Source of the DNA: a virus
Taxonomy: Duplodnaviria; Caudoviricetes
DNA length: 59,015 nt
Strand: one strand, 5' to 3'
Virus record (IMG/VR): IMGVR_UViG_3300032053_000084
Span: 1 to 59,015 of that record
Both the position numbers and the translations under genes were made by a program. The notes below the pieces were generated by a model. It did no database searches. It was not told the origin of the DNA and was given only the letters and a program-made list of their open reading frames with translations. Positions 19,296-30,014 of this stretch are shown in pieces. Numbering within the stretch: the first letter of the stretch is position 1; each line of letters starts with the position of its first letter.

Positions 19296-19727
19296 CTAAC
19301 ATTTTTTATTTCCGTGTCGATATGGTCTTTCAAGATTTACTTTATGTTTTTTCAATACTTCGGATACAATATCAATTCCTAACTTTTCACTCATATCCCA
19401 AATCCTAATAACACAATCTGCTAATTCCTCACCAACCCATCCTTTTTCTCCAGGCTGTAAATGATTACGGTATGCTTCTAATGCTTCTGATATTTCACTA
19501 TGACATAAACATAATAATTCCGGTATTCCTCTTTCTTCTTCCCACCAACCATGTTCTACAGCACATTTATGAATTTCTTTTGGTGAAATAATTTCTACTA
19601 TTCTCTTATTACGAAGAATTTCTATAATTTCTGCTTCCAGTCCTTCTATTTTTTTTGTAAATTTTTCAGTGTTTATTACTTCTTTTTCTTCTATTATTGA
19701 TTCTGGTTTTTCTGTCAACATTCCCAT
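19296..19727 (-). CDS. MazG-like NTP pyrophosphohydrolase
   Basis: HSEISEALEA, EELADCVIRIWD, K..VNLERPYRHG. Confidence 0.82.
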   Translation of the reverse strand: MGMLTEKPESIIEEKEVINTEKFTKKIEGLEAEIIEILRNKRIVEIISPKEIHKCAVEHGWWEEERGIPELLCLCHSEISEALEAYRNHLQPGEKGWVGEELADCVIRIWDMSEKLGIDIVSEVLKKHKVNLERPYRHGNKKC

Positions 19728-19749
19728 TCCTCTTATGAAAAATACTTCT

Positions 19750-19962
19750 TTATAATTTGAACATATTATCTGAAAATAGTTTTACTTCATATTTTGGGCA
19801 TTCTTTTATATTAGCGCAACCCATTTTATATTTATTAGACTCATAACATATACATAAATCTCCACCAAGAGCATATATTTTACAAGACGGATGTTTTTTT
19901 TGAAACATACTTGTTCTTATTCTTTTTTTATCTAAATGAATACAATTATTCATGAAAGGCAT
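19750..19962 (-). CDS. Small Cys-rich hypothetical protein
   Basis: Overlaps the upstream stop; ends FSDNMFKL. Confidence 0.5.
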   Translation of the reverse strand: MPFMNNCIHLDKKRIRTSMFQKKHPSCKIYALGGDLCICYESNKYKMGCANIKECPKYEVKLFSDNMFKL

Positions 19963-20521
19963 TTTTTATCTCCTTCCATGATGTTACTCTTTTTATATTA
20001 TTATTGAATTTCATATTACTAAAAACATCGAATTGATCAAATAAAAACATTTTGATCCCTGCTTGACTTCCATCGGATAATTCTTTTGCTACATGAGGGC
20101 TATCATCAATAAAATATTTTACCTCATTTTCTAATAGAGCAGAAAGTTTTTCATATTTTACAAAGATAACTTTATACGGTATCCCATTCAATAATATGTT
20201 TAGTAATTTGAAAGTGTTGTCATAATCCCATCTACGGGTGACAAAGACAATTTCCTCTTTTGTATATTTATGGTATTTCCGTATAAAGTCTATCGCTCCT
20301 TCAATCTCTTTTTGCGCTTCAAGATTTGCTGTAGCAAGATTGACGCATTTCAACGCATCACCGTATTTCAATTTTGTTACTTCTTCAATACTCCTACATT
20401 GTAACCAAACTTCTTTTTCTACTCTTATCCCATATATTTTTTCAATATAATTCAAGACAGGTGTAGATAAATCAATGATCGTATCATCAATATCGAATGC
20501 TATTTTACCGTTGAACTTCAT
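19946..20521 (-). CDS. HAD-family 5'(3')-nucleotidase-like protein
   Basis: FDIDDT, FVTRR, FIDDSP, RVTSWKEI. Confidence 0.75.
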   Translation of the reverse strand: MKFNGKIAFDIDDTIIDLSTPVLNYIEKIYGIRVEKEVWLQCRSIEEVTKLKYGDALKCVNLATANLEAQKEIEGAIDFIRKYHKYTKEEIVFVTRRWDYDNTFKLLNILLNGIPYKVIFVKYEKLSALLENEVKYFIDDSPHVAKELSDGSQAGIKMFLFDQFDVFSNMKFNNNIKRVTSWKEIKNAFHE

Positions 20522-20522
20522 T

Positions 20523-21272
20523 TTATAAAGCCTTTTCCAATTCTTGAATAACTACTTTACCTATCAATATGTCTTCAAACACAATCGGTAATTTATTATA
20601 GAATTCCTGTAAGATTGAAAGAAATAATTCTCTACATTGTGGATGAACATCTTTTGCGGTTCGCAGTTTCAGAATATGTCTCCATTCAGTGAGATTTGCT
20701 GTCATAACTAATTCAGTTTTCAAATCAAGAGGTAATATACCTCTTGCTTGTTCTGGGTGTTGCCCTAATTTTAGCAAATCATAATAAGTATATTCTGTTT
20801 GTCTTATTGCCCATATCCACCTTTCAAATTGTTTTTCAAGATTTGATAAAAATCTCCCCGCCGGATTTCTCCGTTCTGGTAAATCATCAATAGTTTTGAT
20901 TGTTTCCTCTATTGGTTCAAGAGAATAAAACCAAGATGGAAGAATGACTGTAATTTCATTTCCAAATTTTTCATTTGAATAATTACAATAACGAGTAGAT
21001 TCTTGGGTATAACTCACCAACCGATGGCGAACTATTTCATTTGCGATTGCTCTATTCGTGATTATGCGAATGGAAAGTGATCCATGTTCCAGAACTGAAA
21101 AATGGCCACTTTTGACAAGCCCACGGATAAATTTTTCATAAGATTCATCGGTAATTTTCTCTTCAGTTTTATATGCGGTTCTCCCCGTTTCTTCTATACG
21201 GGAAAGAATTTTATCTATATCAAAATCATCAAAGTCATTTAGAAATGACCAAGATTGTTTTATAATTTTCAT
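20523..21272 (-). CDS. thyX: FAD-dependent thymidylate synthase
   Basis: GHFSVLEH, EIVRHR..SYTQESTRYCNY, ARGILP, WRHILKLR. Confidence 0.95.
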   Translation of the reverse strand: MKIIKQSWSFLNDFDDFDIDKILSRIEETGRTAYKTEEKITDESYEKFIRGLVKSGHFSVLEHGSLSIRIITNRAIANEIVRHRLVSYTQESTRYCNYSNEKFGNEITVILPSWFYSLEPIEETIKTIDDLPERRNPAGRFLSNLEKQFERWIWAIRQTEYTYYDLLKLGQHPEQARGILPLDLKTELVMTANLTEWRHILKLRTAKDVHPQCRELFLSILQEFYNKLPIVFEDILIGKVVIQELEKAL

Positions 21273-21543
21273 TTATTCTTCTCTTTTTTTATCAAACAAT
21301 TTTTACAAAAACATTCCCCAATTGATTGTCTTCCGCCAAGAGCCCAACTTCCCATTTCCGGCTCTTCATGTTCACATTTTGAACAAGACCATCCATTACA
21401 AACACCTGATGAATGTCCCGATGGGCACATTTCAATTTTACAATATGGACAAGATATAATAAACATTTATCTACTCCACCCCATAATAAGAAAAAGGAAT
21501 ATCAATATAAATACTATAATTACAAAATAAGAAAGATATATTA

Positions 21544-21750
21544 TCATTTTTTATATTTTCCAAAATCAGTGATAGACATTTTTATTTGAGCACCAGAGCC
21601 GAGCATTGTTACTTTGAATTGTAATTCTCTTCCAGAATTTGCGACAATACGAAATAAGGATCGTGCCTTATATTCCTCAAATGTAAACATTTTATCCAGA
21701 TTGATTTCTGGTCTTTTTTTCTTTTTGTTCTCCCGTAGTATGTTTATCAT
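21544..21750 (-). CDS. Hypothetical protein
   Basis: AGGAG RBS, downstream of a promoter. Confidence 0.5.
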   Translation of the reverse strand: MINILRENKKKKRPEINLDKMFTFEEYKARSLFRIVANSGRELQFKVTMLGSGAQIKMSITDFGKYKK

Positions 21751-21811
21751 AAGAACTCCTAACCTACGACCTTACAGTAAAAAAACATAAAATTCCTATT
21801 ATTCTCACTTT

Positions 21812-21840
21812 ATTATACCAAATTCGTATTGTATTGTAAA
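21812..21840 (-). promoter_or_regulatory. Sigma70-type promoter
   Basis: TTTACA-17 nt-TATAAT. Confidence 0.75.
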
Positions 21841-21843
21841 CAC

Positions 21844-21872
21844 AAAAAGAGCACGATTTTCAATGCTCTTTT
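21844..21872 (-). terminator. Intrinsic terminator-like hairpin
   Basis: AAAAGAGCA...TGCTCTTTT inverted repeat just after the 21889 ORF stop. Confidence 0.55.
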
Positions 21873-21888
21873 CGTTCCCAAATTCAGA

Positions 21889-22095
21889 TTATCCCCTTCC
21901 TTGCGCTTCACGTTTTGAAGCCTTCAAGGGGTTTACGAATTTCTGCTCTTTGACTTCCCGTACAAGGTGAGTGGCCATAGGGCAATTCTTTCCAGATTCC
22001 CATTTCCCCAAGGGGGAAATATAAACACCACAGAAAAGAGTATCAACCACTTTTCCACATCCCGCACATTCTTTTACAACAGTTTCTTTTTCCAT
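21889..22095 (-). CDS. PxxKW-family cysteine-rich protein
   Basis: CAGC...C..YISPLGKW...CPMATH...VNPLKASKR. Confidence 0.75.
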   Translation of the reverse strand: MEKETVVKECAGCGKVVDTLFCGVYISPLGKWESGKNCPMATHLVREVKEQKFVNPLKASKREAQGRG

Positions 22096-22507
22096 TTTAC
22101 TTACCTTCCAATTTATATTTTACCCATCTATCTGCTATTTTTCCATTTATAATCATATTCCAACATACCGGAAATTCAGTATCCTTTGGAATAAATTCTT
22201 CTGGCCAAAATCCTGTATTTTGCATATGGGCATATGCTTTGATATGATTCATATTATCAGGATCAAAATATTCTGTAATTTTCATTTATACTTCTCTTTT
22301 ACAAAATAAACAATATCTATATTTCCCCAGTAAATCATCAATAAAACTATTTTTTTTGATAAAAGCAGAATGGTCCACACCATCATGACCACACTCATTT
22401 GATGGACAAACATGAATGGACAACGACTTTCCTGTTTTGGCGTCAAACTTGTTTATTTTCTTTTGCAGTAATTTTTTTCCACATGTAATACAAAACATTT
22501 TATTCTC

Positions 22508-22801
22508 CTATTTCATCAATTTCAAATGTCTAAATCTTCTTCTGTTATTATCAAAAACAGCCAAAGCCGTCATTTCATAATTTTTATCGGGTTCATAAAA
22601 AGCAAAACGATAAAAATTTCCTAATTTTTCATGATACCCTTTGAGAGATTTTTCATTTGCTACATTCAAGTAAATCAAAGTTTCATTTCTCCAAAAAGGA
22701 TAACGGAGAACAAATCCTGCTACAGCATGTCCCGCTTGAACCGCTTGATATGCTTTTTTCATATCTTTTCGAATCAGAACATAAAGTCTGTTTTTTTTCA
22801 T
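22508..22801 (-). CDS. Peptidyl-tRNA hydrolase 2-like protein
   Basis: LYVLIRKDM..YQAVQAGHA, FYEPD...MTALA; ATG 22801 overlaps the upstream stop (ATGA). Confidence 0.7.
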   Translation of the reverse strand: MKKNRLYVLIRKDMKKAYQAVQAGHAVAGFVLRYPFWRNETLIYLNVANEKSLKGYHEKLGNFYRFAFYEPDKNYEMTALAVFDNNRRRFRHLKLMK

Positions 22802-22977
22802 ACAAAAAAACCATCCTGACATTTTTGGCAAATCCCCGAAATACGAAATTCTTTTCGAGAAATATCATTTTGAAAATCCTCTACCTTTACAGGTAAATTA
22901 CAAAAAGGACAAACCCCCGCTTCAACTTTTTTTACTTCATTCCCAAAACCTAATTGTTCCATAATTTTCTTATTCAT
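22798..22977 (-). CDS. 59-aa zinc-ribbon protein (not in the ORF track)
   Basis: MNKKIMEQLGF...CPFC...SRKEFRISGICQKCQDGFFV; translationally coupled to the next gene. Confidence 0.7.
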   Translation of the reverse strand: MNKKIMEQLGFGNEVKKVEAGVCPFCNLPVKVEDFQNDISRKEFRISGICQKCQDGFFV

Positions 22978-22978
22978 T

Positions 22979-25329
22979 TTATCCTTCCTGAAAAGTTAGT
23001 CTTCGAAGAATTTTTTGTAATTCTCGAATGCTATCTTGAATTTTTCCGTTTACATTCCAAAGAGCAATTTTTTCTGATCCATCGGTAGCAAAAATAGTAT
23101 GTTCAACTTCTTCGCTTATCACCTGTAAACGAATGATAATATCAGATACCCTCATTTCTGTCAATGCTTTTGATTCATCAAGTATTTTCATTTTTACCCC
23201 AATATCATTTTCAAAAGGCCGGGACGAGAAATACCCCGTTTTCGCAATACCTTTTTTATTTCACTTCTAATAACATAATCAGGAGCAATATTGATATCAA
23301 TATATTTTGCTTGATAAATGAACATATTCGACACTTTTTCATGCGAAACTTTGCGTCTAATCACTCGACCAGTTTTTGATACAGTAAAAAAACGATATGG
23401 TTCAACATTATATCTCCCATATTTTAGCATTGGGAACATTGTTTCCAGTTTTTCGGATGGTAACGAATAAATTATATCTCTTTGACTTATTGATAACCAA
23501 CTTCTCATTTTATAATCCTTTCCTTATTTCATTTATACAATAATTTGCAAGACATTTTGAATTTGGTTCTTCATATAAAATACAATCAGGACATTTTGAT
23601 AAAGTTCCATCAAGAAGATCGACCATTTCCAATAATTCCCTGCGAGTAAGATAAACCTTTGATTGATTTGCTTCAATCATTTTCGGATTCAAATGAATAA
23701 CCACTTCATTTCCATCATAAATTTCTACCCCATGATTATTGACTTTTAGCATAATACCCTTTCTAATACTCTTTCTATTGAAATACTACCCTTATTTTTC
23801 AAAATCCATTGTCACCCATAATAAAAATACAACAACCCCCACTATTAGTAATCTCCATAAATCATTCTCCATTCCAAACCCAATTTGAAGAAAACCATGA
23901 GAGAATGTGGCAACAACTAAGCATACAATAATTTTGAATATAAAAATTATCATTCCAATACAACCTTTATTTGATGATTTTGAATTTGCTCGACCAAAGT
24001 TTTATAAGCAATATTCAATTCTCCTAATCGGTTTTTTGTTACCAGAACACAAATATCGTCTTCAACTCTAATAACATCATAAATTCTGTTATAAAGTTCT
24101 AAACGATCACCAACCTTGATTTCTACCATTTCTATGATCTCCATAATGCTCGTTTCCAAACAGACTGTTCATTTCCATTTTGATCTTCAATCCAGGTGAA
24201 TGCTTTTCCAATTCGTTTTGTAACACGAACCTTTTCACCCGCTTTGATCGGTTGACCTTTGATTATCATAGGGTCAACAACATCCATAATTCCAGGTCTG
24301 TAAACCCAAGAAAAAGTTTTCATTTTATTCTACCTTTCAATGTATTCAATAAATACTAATTTGTGACATTCATATCCTGTAAAACCACAATCATCACAAT
24401 CCACTTCATATAACATTTCATCATCTTGAGGATGGGCCATAGAATAATCTAAATTTGTACTTCCGCATTTCGGGCATTTTCCTAATTCTTGATTTTCTAC
24501 TTTGAGTTCACTCATTTTTTTTCCTTATTTTTTGATAGGTGAAGAATAAACCAAATAAGAATCCATAATTCTGATGATTTCTTCAATAGTAACCATAAAA
24601 TCACCTTCCGTCATACCCATTTCTCCCGCATCATTCAAAAGAATCATCAATGATGCTTGTACCTTTTGAGCAAAACGATTTTGAATTTTTTTATTTTCAT
24701 CGGCTCCTAACGATTCCCTTTTAATGGTTTCTTGAATGGCGCGTTTCATTTCTTTCTTCGTTGAATACTTCATTTTCATTTACCTTTCTTTTTTATTTTG
24801 GTTCTTTGAGAAATTCAATCAGTTTATCATTATCCATTATTGTTTTTCTTTTTCAATATAAATTACTCTACCATTACAATAAGGGCATTTTTCTGGTCTT
24901 CCATGTTTATAAAGTGATAATATACTAATCAAAGTTACTTTTTCATATTGAATACAAATTATCTTTCGTTCCATTTTTTTATTCTCTTGGAAGAATTTTA
25001 TTTACAAACATATTTTCTTGAATTGTGATATAACAATTTCTTCCACCAGTATAATCGCTATAACTTTTTGCAGTTCGAATGAGCATTTTTTCATTTGCAA
25101 AATAACGAAAATCAGAAGTCATAAAATAATAAATCTTATTGTCAAGGGTGGTGAAAAAACCCGAAAAATAGAAATGACCTTTATGAAATTCGTATTTTTT
25201 GATTCCAATATTTTTTTGTAGTTCTTTCTCCAATTCCCTTTTTGCGGTTCTACAAAAATAACTCCATTGCGGTGTATTTCTTGAAGATGATTCAAAATCG
25301 TTCTGCATAAGTTCAAGCGTTCTGTTCAT
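22979..25329 (-). other. Run of small early hypothetical ORFs (22979-23191, 23194-23508, 23510-23752, 23950-24159, 24132-24323, 24330-24515, 24525-24779, 24979-25329)
   Basis: Tightly packed co-oriented ORFs behind the promoter at 25351-25379; no family recognised except a Zn ribbon at 24330. Confidence 0.6.
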
Positions 25330-25350
25330 TTTTCCTCACTTTCTATATCT

Positions 25351-25379
25351 ATTATATCAAAAAACAGGTAACTTGTCAA
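25351..25379 (-). promoter_or_regulatory. Sigma70 consensus promoter
   Basis: TTGACA-17 nt-TATAAT. Confidence 0.85.
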
Positions 25380-25399
25380 GGAAAAAGAAGAAAAAATAA

Positions 25400-25430
25400 A
25401 TGCTATGATTACATAAGGTTATCATAGCAT
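25400..25430 (-). terminator. Terminator-like hairpin
   Basis: ATGCTATGAT...ATCATAGCAT followed by a T-rich run on the minus strand. Confidence 0.55.
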
Positions 25431-25478
25431 CATTGAAATCATTGAATATTTTATAAGGTATTGAAATCTATAGGGATT

Positions 25479-25898
25479 TTATTTTCTTATCCAAACTGGA
25501 AATCCTTTTTCATCTCTTATTCTCAAAATTTTTCCCTCACCTAAAATTTCAATATCTTTTGCAATAGCAAATTTTAGACCATTTTGTGTAATTCTAAAAA
25601 CCGATAATTTTACATTATCTCTGATATGGAATGAAAGATTTTTATCAATAAACCATGCAGGCCCCATTGAAACATTTTCTTCTGTTGTCTTTGTTTTTAC
25701 TATGATATGAATCCCTTGAGAAAATTGTCTTCCACCTGGATGCATATATCTATCAATACGAATAATTGACCCTGAAATAATTTCTATATGCTCCCATATC
25801 ATACTTGGAACCGGAACATATTCTTTTTGGGCTTCACTTTGATTGACAAAAATAAAAAATAACGATAACAAAAATACAACCAACAATATTTTTTTCAT
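25479..25898 (-). CDS. Secreted beta-rich protein
   Basis: Signal peptide; MGPAWF and IRDEKGFPVW motifs. Confidence 0.65.
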   Translation of the reverse strand: MKKILLVVFLLSLFFIFVNQSEAQKEYVPVPSMIWEHIEIISGSIIRIDRYMHPGGRQFSQGIHIIVKTKTTEENVSMGPAWFIDKNLSFHIRDNVKLSVFRITQNGLKFAIAKDIEILGEGKILRIRDEKGFPVWIRK

Positions 25899-25996
25899 TT
25901 TTTTACCTCCAACAATATTTTTTTCATTTTTTTACCTCCAACAATATTTTTTTCATTTTTTTACCTCCAACAATATTTTTTTCATTTTTTTACCTC
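25881..25996 (-). repeat. 4 x 29-bp tandem repeat of an RBS plus start codon
   Basis: (GAGGTAAAAAAATGAAAAAAATATTGTTG)x4 on the minus strand. Confidence 0.92.
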
Positions 25997-26494
25997 CTAC
26001 GGTGTGATATTTATTACCATTGGATCAACTTGCATTTCTACAATATCAACACCCAATCCTTTCAATAAACAAACATGACAAATATGAATCATAACTAATT
26101 CTCCAAAATTAGGATCTTTGTATCCAGATATTCCTTTGAACTCTGGATATACATCAAGAAATCCAGGAGCATCTTTTTGAATGGACATAGTATTAGCAGA
26201 ATAAACTACACCTTTTCTTATCATACTTCTTCCACACGATGAACAATATTCACTATCTTTATACATATATGTTCCTTTTAGTTCTGTTATACCTATTGCT
26301 TTCAATACGCATATAACACATACATTATAATTTCTAATTCCATATTTATCAAAGATTTTTCCTGTAAATTCAGGGTAAATTTCAAAAAAATCACCTTTTT
26401 TTGTTTGTATTCTTTGTTCTAAAGATACTTTATGCTCCATTCCAATATGATTACTTACTTTACTCATATTCCTTGAACAAACTGAACATTCCAT
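25997..26494 (-). CDS. Protein with an internally duplicated CxxC...YPEF...CxxC domain
   Basis: CSVC..EIYPEF..CVICVLKAIG and CSSC..DVYPEF..CHVCLLKGLG. Confidence 0.65.
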   Translation of the reverse strand: MECSVCSRNMSKVSNHIGMEHKVSLEQRIQTKKGDFFEIYPEFTGKIFDKYGIRNYNVCVICVLKAIGITELKGTYMYKDSEYCSSCGRSMIRKGVVYSANTMSIQKDAPGFLDVYPEFKGISGYKDPNFGELVMIHICHVCLLKGLGVDIVEMQVDPMVINITP

Positions 26495-26506
26495 AAAATT
26501 TCCTTT

Positions 26507-26836
26507 TTATCTTGCAGATGCTAATAAAACAGCACCAAAAATTATTATTCCAATACCTACCAATTCAATAAATACAGGAATTTCTTTGAACACAATTGAA
26601 CTAAAAATAAATCCCGATACCAATATCAGAGCATTCCCAAAAAACCATACTGTAAGAAATTTAGGGCCCGTCATATATCCCATTCCAATACCATATTCTG
26701 CTATAATGATCAATGGAATAAGTAATAAAATAATTGTCCAAATACTTATATTATAATGTTGAGGTATCCATCTAAAAAAAGTATTTCCTATCCCAATAAA
26801 TAACGCTCCTAATATAGTATATAATATCCAATTCAT
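26507..26836 (-). CDS. Small 4-TM membrane protein (EamA/SMR-like)
   Basis: Four hydrophobic helices; FKE...GIGIIIFGAVL. Confidence 0.6.
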   Translation of the reverse strand: MNWILYTILGALFIGIGNTFFRWIPQHYNISIWTIILLLIPLIIIAEYGIGMGYMTGPKFLTVWFFGNALILVSGFIFSSIVFKEIPVFIELVGIGIIIFGAVLLASAR

Positions 26837-27489
26837 CGTTCTATTATCGGCCTTCCAAAATCTATTCTTATTAGTTTTGCTGTCTTTTCAAATTCTTCTC
26901 TGCTACCTGCGGAAATATCATCTTTTGTGCTAACAGCAGTAAATTGTGTTTTATCGCATAAGGTTCCGATATACCCATAATAATATAATTTTAGAAACAT
27001 TGCCCAATCACTCAAACGATGATATATTTCTTGAACAACAAAACCTTTTACCTTATTGATTACTTCTGTTTTATATAAACTATTTGAAGAAATATAATTT
27101 CCCACCAATAATCTTTCAATATCATATTTTTGCGGAGGAAATTGTATATTTATAAATCCTCTGTATTCAAACGGACAATATGTAAATCCAATATCTTCCT
27201 TTGTATTCACCAATGCTTCATACATTCTATCAAGAAAAAATCTACCTAAAATAATATCCCTATCAAGGATCTGAATATATTTCGGTATAGGATATTTATT
27301 TATAAACGTATCCAAACCATTTTGAACATTCTTTGCATGTTTACCATCACCTGTATAACTTACCCATATATAAGGAATTTCATTTCTTTTGATAGAATTT
27401 TTTGTATCTTTGGATATAGTATGGCCGGTCAAAAGCGGAGTAATCACTAATATTTTTGGTTCTTTATCTTCATGAATTATTTTCAACAT
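26833..27489 (-). CDS. GT-A (family 2-like) glycosyltransferase
   Basis: LVITP, LDRD (DxD), NYISSNSLY, LSDWAMFL; ATG 27489 has a TAAGG RBS (the ORF track starts at 27537). Confidence 0.72.
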   Translation of the reverse strand: MLKIIHEDKEPKILVITPLLTGHTISKDTKNSIKRNEIPYIWVSYTGDGKHAKNVQNGLDTFINKYPIPKYIQILDRDIILGRFFLDRMYEALVNTKEDIGFTYCPFEYRGFINIQFPPQKYDIERLLVGNYISSNSLYKTEVINKVKGFVVQEIYHRLSDWAMFLKLYYYGYIGTLCDKTQFTAVSTKDDISAGSREEFEKTAKLIRIDFGRPIIER

Positions 27490-27596
27490 TACAAATTTCC
27501 TTATATCGGGAAAATATAGCGAAAGGAGGTTTTTCATAATAGAGTCGCTGGAAACTATTATGAAATAAAGACACTATACTTTCCCGCTATTTTATA

Positions 27597-27977
27597 TTAT
27601 AATACCTTTTCTACTGTTTCTTCAATATTTCCTACAGGAGCATCGGGAATTGGTTCTGTTACTACTTCCGCTTCCATAAATCCTGCAAATGTAGCAGAAA
27701 ATCTATTCTTTTCTGGCATAAGATAATTTATAAGATATTTTTTTCCTTCCCAAGAAAACATTGAATCATTCTTCGGCATTTCTTTAGAATGCGCTGTAAA
27801 TCGCATTTTTCCAGTATTATGTGCTACAATATGAAATTTTAGTTCTTCCAAATTGATTTCTGTTCCTACAGGCGGAAGAATCATTTGTTTGAATTGTTTT
27901 CTTGAAACAACAATATTTTTTTCAGCATTATCTTTTTCTTGTTTATGTTGATGTTTATGGAGCAATTTTCTTTTCAC
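27597..27977 (-). CDS. Hypothetical protein
   Basis: ORF in operon; weak internal duplication (KMRFTA/KNRFSA). Confidence 0.5.
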   Translation of the reverse strand: MKRKLLHKHQHKQEKDNAEKNIVVSRKQFKQMILPPVGTEINLEELKFHIVAHNTGKMRFTAHSKEMPKNDSMFSWEGKKYLINYLMPEKNRFSATFAGFMEAEVVTEPIPDAPVGNIEETVEKVL

Positions 27978-28719
27978 GTTTTTTCCCCTTTTTCCACGTT
28001 TTTGTATCTATTTTACCAATAACTGCTTCTTTAGGATCATAAAAATTAGAAGACATTGTTTCACCTACACCCCTACTCGCAAAATAACTTTTATATGCAG
28101 ACATAGTTTGAACATTTGCATATTGAACTCCAATTGCATCTGCTACGAAATTAGCGGTATTTGATAATGGAATATTCAAGTCTTTACTGATCTTACTCAA
28201 ATCCTGATTTGCTCCAAGATAAGTAAATGTCCATTTTTTTGTTTCTGTAAGAGAAGAGATGGTTTTCTGAATATCACCATACGTATATTTTTTTGAATTA
28301 TTTTCAGCACCATCTGAAATAATGATAACAAGAAATGATGTATCATTTTTTGCTTCTTTCTCTGTAATGTCTTTCATTTCAGATAAAGTATCCCCAACAC
28401 AATCAAGCATTGCGGTCATTCCTTCAGGCATATATTCATCTCTGTCAAGTTTTCGTAATATATCAACTGATTTATTCCAGAATACAGGACGATGGGGGGT
28501 TGTTGAAAATGTTCTGAAAGTAACAAAGGTTTTCATATCTTTAGAACTTTCTCTAATAACATTCACTTGTTGATTGAAAGCATCAATCGCTTCATTTTGC
28601 ATTGAGGTCATGGAACCTGATGCGTCAAGAAGGATCATAACATAATTTTTCTTTTGAGGGGTTCCACCACCCTCTATATCCCCTGTCAAATCATCAAACA
28701 TCTTATCAATTTTGTCCAT
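27955..28719 (-). CDS. vWA-domain protein
   Basis: MIDAS LLDASGSM, GMTAMLD, IISDGAENNS, WTFTYLGANQD. Confidence 0.88.
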   Translation of the reverse strand: MDKIDKMFDDLTGDIEGGGTPQKKNYVMILLDASGSMTSMQNEAIDAFNQQVNVIRESSKDMKTFVTFRTFSTTPHRPVFWNKSVDILRKLDRDEYMPEGMTAMLDCVGDTLSEMKDITEKEAKNDTSFLVIIISDGAENNSKKYTYGDIQKTISSLTETKKWTFTYLGANQDLSKISKDLNIPLSNTANFVADAIGVQYANVQTMSAYKSYFASRGVGETMSSNFYDPKEAVIGKIDTKTWKKGKKREKKIAP

Positions 28720-28921
28720 TAGAATTTCTCCTGTAATTCAAGTTCTCTCATCAAACATTTCTTTTGACAGAAATGATATTTTTCTTCTTTGATATACAAT
28801 TGAGCATGTTCACCATAATAAATAATATATGTATTATCATCTTTATTCATAACATATTTTATATCTTTTACACTCAATTTTCTATCACAACCATTACAAA
28901 AATAAGTTACTTCTTGCATAT

Positions 28922-29233
28922 TTACCCCTTTGCTCGTTTCACCCGCAATCCCAGATCATTCTTTGACATAATTCCATAAACAATATCTGCTATTTCACCA
29001 TCTTTCATTATTATTGTTGTAGGAATTGATCGAATACCAAAAAATGTTGATATTTTAGGATTATCATCTACATTTACTTTTCCAAATTCTACTTCTGGAA
29101 AGTCTTGTTCTACCTTTTCAAAAATAGGTGAATACATTTTACAAGGCCCACACCAAGCCGCCCAAAAATCTATAACTTTTACACCCTTTGATTCTTTTAT
29201 TGTTCCAAGTTCATTATCTAAAATTTGTCTCAT
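28922..29233 (-). CDS. trxA: Thioredoxin
   Basis: DFWAAWCGPCK, IRSIPT. Confidence 0.93.
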   Translation of the reverse strand: MRQILDNELGTIKESKGVKVIDFWAAWCGPCKMYSPIFEKVEQDFPEVEFGKVNVDDNPKISTFFGIRSIPTTIIMKDGEIADIVYGIMSKNDLGLRVKRAKG

Positions 29234-29283
29234 ATAAAAATCCCCCTGGCCTATTTATTGTCAGGAGATACCTTTTATTTTAT

Positions 29284-29312
29284 AATATACCATATTTTAT
29301 ATAAAAAGTAAA
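29284..29312 (-). promoter_or_regulatory. Sigma70-type promoter (weaker match)
   Basis: TTTACT-17 nt-TATATT. Confidence 0.45.
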
Positions 29313-29975
29313 TCAATATCTTATTCCTTGTGCTATCGCATGAATTAGCCTTTTCCTACCTTCAGGATCAGATAAAAATTTTTCTTCTTCTGGATTTGAT
29401 ATAACACCACACTCTATAAGAACCGCAGGAATTTTCGATTCCTTCAAAATAAATAATTTGTCTGTACTGTAAATTCCGTCTTCTTTATCTTCCCATTTAT
29501 ATCCCCTTCTCTTATTACCTTCTTGATATGTTGCAACAGGAAAATTCTGGTATACCATTTGACGCCCAATATTTCTCGCAAGTTGAAAACTTTTTTTGTA
29601 TTGATTATTCCATTTACCTTTACTTCTATCAATAAAAATAGAAAAACCCAAAAACCGATAAGCAGTTTTTGGATTATAAACAACAGAATCGTGATGAATT
29701 GAAACGAGAATTGATGCTTTACTATTTGCTATAAAAGGTCTTTCTTTGAGTAAAATACCATCTATTAGAAAACATTCAAATCCTCTTGCTTCAAGGTTCT
29801 CTTTCAATCCGGTTGCAACTTCTTTATTATAAGTTACTTCTGGCACTCCACTTGCGCTAATTGTACCATTACCATAACCCGCATGACCAACATCAATAGC
29901 AACAACAAAACCATAACAGGTTATGGGAAAAGTAATAAACAAAATTGAAAACAGTATAAACAATATATTTTTCAT
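29313..29975 (-). CDS. N-acetylmuramoyl-L-alanine amidase (Amidase_3) with signal sequence; candidate endolysin
   Basis: IDVGH, E..YN, VSIHHD, PAVLIECG; hydrophobic N-terminus. Confidence 0.88.
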   Translation of the reverse strand: MKNILFILFSILFITFPITCYGFVVAIDVGHAGYGNGTISASGVPEVTYNKEVATGLKENLEARGFECFLIDGILLKERPFIANSKASILVSIHHDSVVYNPKTAYRFLGFSIFIDRSKGKWNNQYKKSFQLARNIGRQMVYQNFPVATYQEGNKRRGYKWEDKEDGIYSTDKLFILKESKIPAVLIECGVISNPEEEKFLSDPEGRKRLIHAIAQGIRY

Positions 29976-30014
29976 ATTTTTCCTTTTTGTAGGTGAGTAT
30001 TGTAACAGGTTCAG

